A stretch of DNA of 35,339 nucleotides. Source: Patescibacteria group bacterium. GTDB taxonomy: Bacteria > Patescibacteriota > Microgenomatia > UBA8517. Shown here one piece after another: positions 24,440 to 31,330 of this stretch. Position numbers and translations under genes: made by a program. The first letter of the stretch is position 1, and every line of letters starts with the position of its first letter. Location: assembly GCA_025999275.1 (NCBI GenBank), contig AP024680.1, forward strand, positions 750,522-785,860, read 5' to 3'. Under the pieces are notes generated by a model. That model ran no database searches. It was not told where the DNA came from and saw nothing but the letters and a program-made list of their open reading frames with translations.

Positions 24440-25738
24440 ATGGCTACACTAACTTTTCTAAAATACGACAAAGTAATCCAAGTTGATGCCCCACAAGTTG
24501 AGGTAACAATACAGGATTTAATCAACCAAATACGCGACTACGAAGATGAACTTGAAAATATGGATATTGAAAAGATCGCCGACGCCTACGGAAAGCAGCC
24601 ACTTGGAACCAACGAATTCATAGGTATTACTCTGGTCCTTGTTAATGACTGGAGAATTGCATTTGAAGCAAGACCGGGACCTGATACTGTTACCTGCTAT
24701 GTAAGAGGTGGAAATTTGGTTGCTGAGAATATTTATGACAATAACCCAATCAAACCAACTGCTTTTACCCAGGTTGTCATTGCCCAATCATCATCACCCA
24801 CAATTATTAGAGCTGAGTCTGATTATGGAGCTTTGTTTTTAATCGAATCATTAAGAGGAAAACATGCTTCTTTGGGAAATATATTTTACTGGAATCCAAT
24901 TTCAGGAAGTGACAGCAACAGCGGAACAAGTCCTCAGACAGCAGTTAAGACCTTTGACAAGGCCCAATCTCTTGCCACAGTCGGAAATCATGACATCATC
25001 TTTGCCATATCAACTGATCCATCAGGAGTAACAACAGTCACCACTCCCATAAGCATCACCAAATCAACTTTAAAACTTCGTGGACCAGGCTTCCCCTTTC
25101 AGTTTGCCCCAACAACAGCCGGTAGCCCAACAATTCAAATTGCCGCTGACGGAGTCGAGCTTTCAGGATTTTATGTTACCACCGCAAGCGGCGGATCTGA
25201 TAATGGAATTGAAATTTCAGGAGACAATGTTTTAATCAAAGACTGCTGGGTAAGTGGTGCCAGTGCAAATGGAATTTATGTTACCAACGCTTCAAGAACC
25301 CAAATTGACACCTGCGCAATTGAAGACTGCGGCCTAAATGGAATTTTGCTTTCAAGTTCAACAGCGCTATCAACTATCAAAAAATGCATAATCACCGGAA
25401 ATCAAAACGGCGTTTCCCTTTCGGGAACAAATATTAACGATAATATTTTTGAAACTAACTTAATCTATAATAACACAGGCACGGGAATTAATATTGGAAC
25501 AGGAGTCTTAAGAACTGGAATAAGACTGCTTCATACCTTTGCCGGAAATGCAGTCAATATACAAGACCTTGGCACAGGTACATTCCAGGACACTTCAGGA
25601 ACAATTACTCAAGGAGATATCGATGCCATTGTAGATGGCGTTTGGGATGAGATAATTGGTACCCATACTACCCCAGGCTCTGCAGGCAAGACGCTTAAAG
25701 ACGCAAAAACCAAAGCCACTCTTGCTTCGCTGAAGTAA
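24440..25738 (+). CDS. right-handed parallel beta-helix repeat protein (pectate-lyase/NosD-like fold), tail-fibre-like N- and C-termini
   Basis: 432 aa. Beta-helix repeats are present (GIEISGDNVLIKDCWVSGASANGIYVTNASRTQIDTCAIEDCGLNGILLSSS...ITGNQNGVSLSG...NNTGTGINIG). No signal peptide. A REP follows at 25744. Confidence 0.8.
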   Translation: MATLTFLKYDKVIQVDAPQVEVTIQDLINQIRDYEDELENMDIEKIADAYGKQPLGTNEFIGITLVLVNDWRIAFEARPGPDTVTCYVRGGNLVAENIYDNNPIKPTAFTQVVIAQSSSPTIIRAESDYGALFLIESLRGKHASLGNIFYWNPISGSDSNSGTSPQTAVKTFDKAQSLATVGNHDIIFAISTDPSGVTTVTTPISITKSTLKLRGPGFPFQFAPTTAGSPTIQIAADGVELSGFYVTTASGGSDNGIEISGDNVLIKDCWVSGASANGIYVTNASRTQIDTCAIEDCGLNGILLSSSTALSTIKKCIITGNQNGVSLSGTNINDNIFETNLIYNNTGTGINIGTGVLRTGIRLLHTFAGNAVNIQDLGTGTFQDTSGTITQGDIDAIVDGVWDEIIGTHTTPGSAGKTLKDAKTKATLASLK

Positions 25739-25743
25739 TATTT

Positions 25744-25794
25744 GGAAGGTGCCAAGCTAGTCCACCCTAAGGGTGTTTTAGGTTGGCACCTTCC
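25744..25794 (+). repeat. REP copy 7 (hairpin only)
   Basis: GGAAGGTGCCAAGCTagtCCACCCTAAGGGTGTtttAGGTTGGCACCTTCC, 6 nt after the stop of 24440..25738. Confidence 0.9.
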
Positions 25795-25819
25795 TCTTAG
25801 CCAGTTCCCCTTTTTCCTA

Positions 25820-25848
25820 TTGCATTTTTAAATTCGAAAGTTTATTCT
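25820..25848 (+). promoter_or_regulatory. promoter candidate TTGCAT-17-TATTCT upstream of tatA paralogue 1
   Basis: Hexamers and spacing counted by hand, immediately after REP copy 7. Confidence 0.35.
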
Positions 25849-25858
25849 AAGGCTAGTT

Positions 25859-26071
25859 ATGAATTTCTTAAGAAACATAGGCACTCCAGAAATCATAATA
25901 ATTACCTTGATTTTGATTATCTTCTTTGGCAGCAAAAGAATGAACGAGATGGCCCGTCAATTAGGAGAGGCAAGCAAAGAGTTAAAAAAGGCAAAAAAGG
26001 AAGCTAAAGAAGGAATTGAAGCCGTTAAAGAAGAAGTAAAATTAGAAGACAGCAAGAAAGGGGGTGCTTAG
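25859..26071 (+). CDS. tatA: TatA/E-family protein, divergent paralogue 1 with long charged tail
   Basis: 70 aa. An N-terminal TM is followed by FFGSKRMNEMARQLGEASKELKKA (the F-G hinge plus amphipathic helix pattern). Confidence 0.7.
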   Translation: MNFLRNIGTPEIIIITLILIIFFGSKRMNEMARQLGEASKELKKAKKEAKEGIEAVKEEVKLEDSKKGGA

Positions 26072-26072
26072 A

Positions 26073-26216
26073 ATGCCATCAAGAGTAGGAACAGCAGAGA
26101 TTGTCATCATCGCCTTAATAATATTGGTCTTTTTTGGCGGAAAGAAATTGCCAGAGTTTATAAAAGGATTGGGGGAAGCAGTTAAAGAATTCAAAAAAGC
26201 CTCAAAAGAGGAATAG
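26073..26216 (+). CDS. tatA: TatA/E-family protein, paralogue 2 (not in ORF track, 47 aa)
   Basis: Hand translation gives [47 protein letters not shown]. The ATG lies 2 nt after the upstream stop. Confidence 0.75.
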   Translation: MPSRVGTAEIVIIALIILVFFGGKKLPEFIKGLGEAVKEFKKASKEE

Positions 26217-26314
26217 AAAAAGTCGTCTAGACCTTAGTATTGATAAAGATTAAAGGCTTCTTTGGTCTGTTATGGCTAATAGAATAATTTAGGAATACCT
26301 AATATTTTAACCAA

Positions 26315-26363
26315 CCCCGCCGTAGGCGGGGACCAACTGTGACTAACCCCGCCGTAGGCGGGG
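26315..26363. repeat. two identical GC-rich hairpins CCCCGCCgtaGGCGGGG, 32 nt apart
   Basis: Hairpins at 26315-26331 and 26347-26363, flanked by ACCAA...ACCAA and ACTAA...ACTAA respectively. They are the only GC-rich perfect stems noticed in the window. Confidence 0.8.
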
Positions 26364-26420
26364 ACTAACTTCGACAAGCTTTGACCAGCATCTGACAGCC
26401 AACAACTGATAACTAACGTC

Positions 26421-26469
26421 TGACAGCTGACAGCTGATGACTGATGGCTGATAGCTGATAGCTGATAGC
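26421..26469 (+). repeat. heptamer array, 7 contiguous units of TGATAGC type
   Basis: tgacagc tgacagc tgatgac tgatggc tgatagc tgatagc tgatagc. Shorter arrays occur at 35236-35252 and, inverted and degenerate, at about 33860-33900. Confidence 0.85.
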
Positions 26470-26531
26470 TTTTTTACCTTTTACCCCCCAACCATCTTTC
26501 ACTTCCCCCATCAATTTGATAGACTAAAATT

Positions 26532-27290
26532 ATGGCCAAAGGTTCCGCTATTAACCCCGAATTACAAAAGGTCATAAACAAAAATTTACCCTTCTTAATG
26601 GAGATAAGAAGAAGAATTCTTTTTACAGCTTCCGTGTTTTTAGTGTTCTCGTTTTTAGGCTTTTTCTACTACGAAAAAATAATCAAGTCCGTCTTCAATC
26701 TGCTAAATCTGCCTGCTGTTAACATTGTCTTTACTTCCCCATTCCAATATATGGAGTTGGCGATAAATTGCGGAGTGGCAGTTGGGCTTGTCATCAGTTT
26801 CCCTTTGATAATTTGGCAGCTGCTTTCATTTCTAAAGCCGGCGCTTAAGCCAAAGGAATTTAGAATCATACTTCTTCTTTTGCCTGTTAGTTTAGCCTTA
26901 TTTGCCGGAGGTTTTGGAGTTGGAATCTGGATGATGAGATATGTGGTCTCTCTTTCCTATCAAAAATCAGTAGAGCTTTCAATTGGAACACTACTTGACA
27001 TCAGCTCTCTTCTCTCAAAGATTATAGTCACTTCCTCTTTAATGGGGATAGCCTTCCAATTCCCCATTGTTATGACTGCTTTGATGCAGCTTAACATTGT
27101 CAAAACCAAAAAATTTGCCAAACAAAGACCGCTCATCTACACTTTGGCAATTATATTTGCTGCTCTAATGCCTCCAACTGACATCTTTTCCCTTCTTCTT
27201 CTAACTTTACCTCTTGTAATTCTATTTGAACTTACGCTATTATTAAACAAGTTAGTCAAACCTGAAAAAGGGAGGGGGTGGAAAAAATGA
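26532..27290 (+). CDS. tatC: twin-arginine translocase subunit TatC
   Basis: 252 aa with 6 TM helices. The motifs [20 protein letters not shown] and [19 protein letters not shown] are typical of TatC. Confidence 0.9.
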   Translation: MAKGSAINPELQKVINKNLPFLMEIRRRILFTASVFLVFSFLGFFYYEKIIKSVFNLLNLPAVNIVFTSPFQYMELAINCGVAVGLVISFPLIIWQLLSFLKPALKPKEFRIILLLLPVSLALFAGGFGVGIWMMRYVVSLSYQKSVELSIGTLLDISSLLSKIIVTSSLMGIAFQFPIVMTALMQLNIVKTKKFAKQRPLIYTLAIIFAALMPPTDIFSLLLLTLPLVILFELTLLLNKLVKPEKGRGWKK

Positions 27291-27439
27291 GAGGAATTGG
27301 AACAACAGAATTAATTATTATCGCAGTCGTACTCTTGATTCTTTTTGGAGGTAAAAAACTTCCTGAGCTGGGAAGAGGGTTGGGAGATGCAATAAAGGAA
27401 TTCAAAAAATCAGTAAAGGGTAAGGAAGACAAAAAATAG
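27287..27439 (+). CDS. tatA: TatA/E-family protein, paralogue 3 (not in ORF track, 50 aa)
   Basis: Hand translation gives [54 protein letters not shown] overlap with the tatC stop. Confidence 0.8.
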   Translation: MRGIGTTELIIIAVVLLILFGGKKLPELGRGLGDAIKEFKKSVKGKEDKK

Positions 27440-27446
27440 TCTTTTT

Positions 27447-27845
27447 ATGGCTTTGCTTGCACCTTTGATTTTTATTTTTCTAGTCTTCCCCCTTTATATT
27501 GTTGAAATCTTCCTGCCCTATCCTTATTTTGTAGAAGAACTGGCTAAGTTCTTTGTTGTTTATTTTGTAATTAGCTATCAAAAAAAAGCAAGAAAAAGGC
27601 TTGAAGTTGCTCTTGTGTCAGGTTTCTTATTTTCTCTCTCTGAGACTCTACTCTACTTTGCTACCGCTTCAATGATGGGAGGAATAAATATTATCATCAC
27701 CAGATTTATTCTTACCTCCTTAATGCACTGCCTAACAATTAGTCTTATGACCATTTCTTTAAACAAGAAAAATCTAATCTTTTTAGCTCTCCTGTTATCA
27801 ATTGGTATCCACTATTTCTTCAATCTTATGATAATGAAGTTCTAA
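27447..27845 (+). CDS. small polytopic membrane protein with PrsW/CPBP-like intramembrane protease motifs
   Basis: 132 aa. VEELAKF (EExxK), GFLFSLSE and LMHCLT resemble PrsW-family motifs, but the protein is shorter than typical PrsW. Confidence 0.4.
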   Translation: MALLAPLIFIFLVFPLYIVEIFLPYPYFVEELAKFFVVYFVISYQKKARKRLEVALVSGFLFSLSETLLYFATASMMGGINIIITRFILTSLMHCLTISLMTISLNKKNLIFLALLLSIGIHYFFNLMIMKF

Positions 27846-27885
27846 AAGCTGATTGACAACAACCAACACCCCTTAATTCATAATT

Positions 27886-27920
27886 CTTAAATCTTAAATC
27901 TTAAATCTTAAATCTTAATT
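27886..27920 (+). repeat. heptamer array (CTTAAAT)x5 within a word mosaic
   Basis: cttaaat x4 plus cttaatt. It is flanked by CATAATT, CTTACTA and CCCATAC word tracts (27860-28010). The same words occur at 5089-5204, 5323-5390 and 14523-14580, and inverted at 3440-3600, 9470-9540 and 33920-34100. Confidence 0.8.
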
Positions 27921-28027
27921 CTTTCCCCCCTTACTACTTTCTACCTTCTACTTACTACTATTTTTAATCTTCCCATAACTAATACCCCACCATTCATAAT
28001 TAATACTGTATGATTTTTGACTATCGT

Positions 28028-28143
28028 ATCCGTGTACTAGTCTACGGAACCGATTATTACTTCTAATTACTATCAATACATCGATGTATTGATAGTTGTT
28101 TATGGTCTTTTACAACTAGCAACCAGTGTGAAAATTTCTATAC
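28028..28143 (+). repeat. conserved intergenic core, copy 2 (perfect 26-bp palindrome at 28070-28095)
   Basis: CTATCAATACATC|GATGTATTGATAG is a perfect 13+13 palindrome centred on ATCGAT. The flanks match copy 1. Confidence 0.8.
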
Positions 28144-28192
28144 ACACCCATAATTCATGCCCCCATTCCATTATTCACAATTCATATTAGTA

Positions 28193-28260
28193 CCATTTTG
28201 CCTTTTCCTTTCTGATGTTAAATAGGAATTTTTGAATTTCGAATTCTAACTTTTGAATTA
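28193..28260. repeat. AT-rich module, partial copy
   Basis: CCATTTTGCCTTTTCC...TTTTTGAATTTCGAATTCTAACTTTTGAATTA next to REP copy 8. Confidence 0.6.
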
Positions 28261-28269
28261 AACCCTCCA

Positions 28270-28336
28270 GGTGTCAAGCTATTCTTTAAAGAAGGTGTCA
28301 AGCTAGGACACCCTTAGGGTGTATTAGCTTGACACC
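28270..28336 (-). repeat. REP copy 8 (full)
   Basis: GGTGTCAAGCTattctttaaagaAGGTGTCAAGCTaggACACCCTTAGGGTGTattAGCTTGACACC, 7 nt from the stop of the minus-strand 869-aa gene. Confidence 0.9.
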
Positions 28337-28342
28337 CAACTA

Positions 28343-30952
28343 CTAATTGTCAGCATCAGCAGAAGAAACAAAATCCTGCAAAACCCAACCTTCAAAAACA
28401 GGCTTGACTCCTTTTTCGTCCTTCAAAACTACCTTAATCCAACCTCCGGCCTGATCTATTTTAGTCAACTCTTTGGCAGAAGAAACCTCATAAATAGTCT
28501 TGGCGTCAGTATCAGGCTTTTCCTTTACTTTAACAGACTGTCCATCTTTGGCCGAAACCCTAACAATCTCTTCCCCACCTTTGCCATTTTCATCTTCAAC
28601 TGAAAGAACCTTGTTTTGAGTCTCATTTTTAACAACTTCTAACTTCTGGCTTTCTGAACTCTCATTTTGTACTACTTTAGAAGACTTTAAAATTACCTGC
28701 CTCACTACAAAGGCCGAAACCAAAGATGATAAGATAGCAACCATTATAAATGGAGTAAACCCTTTTAGAGCCTTTCTAGAATGCCCTGGGGCACTTTTTT
28801 CCTGACTAACAACTTCTTCTTCCTTTTTAACTTTCTTACTCTTCTTTGATACTCTAAGATAGAAAAGCAAAAGAACAAAGCCAGCAACAACAACAGCCAC
28901 TATTCCCCAAACAGTCAAAACCTGAGCACCACCAACAAAACCAAGATAAGCACCGGCAGAACTGGCCTGGGAAACCAAAGTCTTAAGGCTGTCCATCTTT
29001 TGGTTAACAGAGTTAAGTTCAATCTGCGCCTCTCGATAGGCTTTAATCTTCTGTTCGGGAGTATTTGCCTGGCTCTGCAAAGATAATATCTTATCCAGAG
29101 AAACATTAATATCGCTTTTCAAAGTCACGCCTTGAGCAAAATAAGCCGTCTTCTCAAGTGGCCTTGATAATTCTTCAGCCTGCTTTCTTAAACTTTCAAC
29201 CTGATCTTTGGAAATCACCCAGATATCATCAACCCTAACAGCCAAAGTCTTTGTTTCACCAGCTGCAAGCTCAAATTCCCCTTCAACATAATACTGATCT
29301 TTCTCGGTGTCATACTTAACAGAAAGCCCCTCATCAACCTCAAGAATATCCTCTTCTTTAACTTCAGGAGGTAAATAATACTTAACCGGCACTTTTTGGG
29401 AAACAATGTTTGATGGGTTGGTTATTAAAGATTTAAAGACAATACTTCCCTCCTCAAGCCAAGTGTTGGCAAATGCAGTCTTTGGTCCCTTGGCAAGATA
29501 AAGACGGTTGGCAGCAATTAAAGCTTTAAGACCCAAAAGCTTATTTTTAAGTTGTTTTGAATAAGAAGCATCCTTTGCCTTGGATGAAAGAGCAAGCAAT
29601 GCTTTTGGGATCCTGTTAATTGATAAGATATTTCTTGTCAATTGTGAAGATTTTGCATCAATTTCTTTTTCATTTATACTGTTTAGACTGGCAATTGTTT
29701 TATCAACCTCCGCCTCATTTTTGTCCAAAGCCAAAGCCAAGGTCTGAATCTCATCTATCTTGCCATAAATACTTTTTGCACCTTGCTTATCTGAAACATT
29801 ACCAATCATCTTTTCTAAAGTATCAAGGTAAAAAGCCAGTCCCTTAATTTCCCGATAAGAAGAAGTTGATTTGCCTGAAGAGGCAACCATGTTTTGAACC
29901 GAAGAAATGGTTGAATCTATTGCCAAAATCTGATCAGCAGCATCTTCAGCCTCTTTCCATCCCCAACTGTTTTTAAGCCAATTTACCTGACCAAAAAGAC
30001 TGGAGGAAGAATCAGTATCGCCCCTTTCCCCAACAGTCTTCTTCAAATCCATCAAAATATCAAGAATTTCATCGGTTGAAAGGCTGTTCCATTTTCCTGC
30101 CAAAATCGAGCTCTTGCTTCTAACAAATTGACTATTAATAAATATAGACTCGGCAACTGATTTTGTCTGATCAAGTTTAGAATTTAAGCTAATATTATCA
30201 TCCTCAATGAAATTCTGAATAATAGGCTTGTTGACTAGTTTCTCCAAAATGAGTCGGGTTTCCTGAGTTGTCTTCTTAATATCATTTGTGGTTTTAACTA
30301 AACTGGCAATATCACCACTATTTCCAGAAACACTAGACGAAAGGTTTTCAACATCGCTTCTAGTTGCCAAAGAGCCACTTGAAAGGTCTGATCCTGTGAG
30401 TGTTCTTGTTGCATAACTCCAGATATTTGAAACCAAAGAACCAAAACTGGTTAAAGTACGGCCGGAGTAGTTCCAAATATCAGAAGCCAGCGTTCCAAAA
30501 CCAGAAAGTGTTCTGCCCGAATAATTCCAAACAGCATCTGCAATCTCAGTTGCAGTGGGACCACCACTGCCGCTTGACTTTACTTCAAAACTTTTGTCAA
30601 GACACATATTTTGCCCATCAACAACACAGCAAAGCTGGGTTCGATAATAACCCTCAGTTGAAGGGCCAGTAAAAGAATAACCATACCAACCATCAGTGGT
30701 AGCAGTAATTGAGCCAATATTTAAAAATTCAGAGCCATCAGGATAGCGGCTTTCAAGAGAACAGGTGGCATTGGTAACCTTGTTATAAGAATCATCATAA
30801 ATAAACTCACCAACCGTGCAGTTTTGAGAAGTTATGCAAGTTGAAGGGCTGCCCGCTGCAGCCTCTATGCTTTGAGGATGCATAAAGGCTGCAATTATGG
30901 CTACTAATAAAGCTTGAGACGGCAAACTTTTGAATCGGGCAGTTTTAATCAT
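28343..30952 (-). CDS. large secreted/membrane-anchored envelope protein: signal peptide, Cys-rich domain, 3 x 18-aa repeats, long coiled-coil region, TM hairpin, C-terminal SH3b
   Basis: 869 aa. The signal-like N-terminus ends IEAAAG. Repeats: WNYSGRTLSGFGTLASD / WNYSGRTLTSFGSLVSN / WSYATRTLTGS. TM segments lie at about residues 675-700 and 740-762. The SH3b-like end is GGWIKVVLKDEKGVKPVFEGWVLQDFV. Confidence 0.8.
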   Translation of the reverse strand: MIKTARFKSLPSQALLVAIIAAFMHPQSIEAAAGSPSTCITSQNCTVGEFIYDDSYNKVTNATCSLESRYPDGSEFLNIGSITATTDGWYGYSFTGPSTEGYYRTQLCCVVDGQNMCLDKSFEVKSSGSGGPTATEIADAVWNYSGRTLSGFGTLASDIWNYSGRTLTSFGSLVSNIWSYATRTLTGSDLSSGSLATRSDVENLSSSVSGNSGDIASLVKTTNDIKKTTQETRLILEKLVNKPIIQNFIEDDNISLNSKLDQTKSVAESIFINSQFVRSKSSILAGKWNSLSTDEILDILMDLKKTVGERGDTDSSSSLFGQVNWLKNSWGWKEAEDAADQILAIDSTISSVQNMVASSGKSTSSYREIKGLAFYLDTLEKMIGNVSDKQGAKSIYGKIDEIQTLALALDKNEAEVDKTIASLNSINEKEIDAKSSQLTRNILSINRIPKALLALSSKAKDASYSKQLKNKLLGLKALIAANRLYLAKGPKTAFANTWLEEGSIVFKSLITNPSNIVSQKVPVKYYLPPEVKEEDILEVDEGLSVKYDTEKDQYYVEGEFELAAGETKTLAVRVDDIWVISKDQVESLRKQAEELSRPLEKTAYFAQGVTLKSDINVSLDKILSLQSQANTPEQKIKAYREAQIELNSVNQKMDSLKTLVSQASSAGAYLGFVGGAQVLTVWGIVAVVVAGFVLLLFYLRVSKKSKKVKKEEEVVSQEKSAPGHSRKALKGFTPFIMVAILSSLVSAFVVRQVILKSSKVVQNESSESQKLEVVKNETQNKVLSVEDENGKGGEEIVRVSAKDGQSVKVKEKPDTDAKTIYEVSSAKELTKIDQAGGWIKVVLKDEKGVKPVFEGWVLQDFVSSADADN

Positions 30953-30964
30953 TTCTTTCTAAAG

Positions 30965-31105
30965 CTACTCCTTAGCTGCTTTCTTAAATTCCCTTATCGC
31001 ATCGCCCACTCCTCTTGCCAATTCCGGCAACTTTTTACCTCCGAAAAGCAAGAGTAAAACTAAAGCGATAACTATCAGCTCAGGCGCTCCAATATTATTG
31101 AACAC
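30965..31105 (-). CDS. tatA: TatA/E-family protein, paralogue 4 (not in ORF track, 46 aa, GTG start)
   Basis: Hand translation of the minus strand gives [46 protein letters not shown]. An SD-like GGGGGTGA lies 9 nt upstream. The stop is 12 nt before the 869-aa gene. Confidence 0.65.
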   Translation of the reverse strand: MFNNIGAPELIVIALVLLLLFGGKKLPELARGVGDAIREFKKAAKE

Positions 31106-31173
31106 TTACAAGGTCACCCCCTTTCTTGGTAAATAAAACATCCTTTACAAAAGGTTGTTTTATTATTAATAAA

Positions 31174-31202
31174 AGTATGAAACAGTAAAAATATTTTGTC
31201 AA
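31174..31202 (-). promoter_or_regulatory. promoter candidate TTGACA-17-CATACT for the tatA4 / 869-aa operon
   Basis: The minus-strand reading of 31197-31202 is TTGACA and of 31174-31179 is CATACT. Confidence 0.4.
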
Positions 31203-31223
31203 GAGTCAATTTAGTTTTAAATA

Positions 31224-31315
31224 ATCTTATCATAATCTTATCAAAATTTAACAAAATAGCTTCAGAAATTAAATAATTTAGAGGACTTGACAACATGATA
31301 AGATTTAGATAAGAT
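31224..31315. promoter_or_regulatory. four GATAAGAT boxes (two inverted pairs, 11-bp phasing) plus TTGACA-17-TAAGAT promoter of the Fic-wHTH gene
   Basis: ATCTTATC at 31224 and 31235. GATAAGAT at 31297 and 31308. The -35 is at 31287-31292 and the -10 at 31310-31315, overlapping the last box. Confidence 0.4.
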
Positions 31316-31330
31316 TTTTATAAAGCAAAA

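Noticed and set aside
10677-25738. Intact prophage.
   Set aside because: No recognisable capsid, portal, terminase, tail tube or tape measure, integrase, lysis genes or att-like direct repeats are present. Only fibre-like proteins and a weak Bro-N-like segment were seen. This is retained as an alternative explanation (prophage remnant) in the findings.
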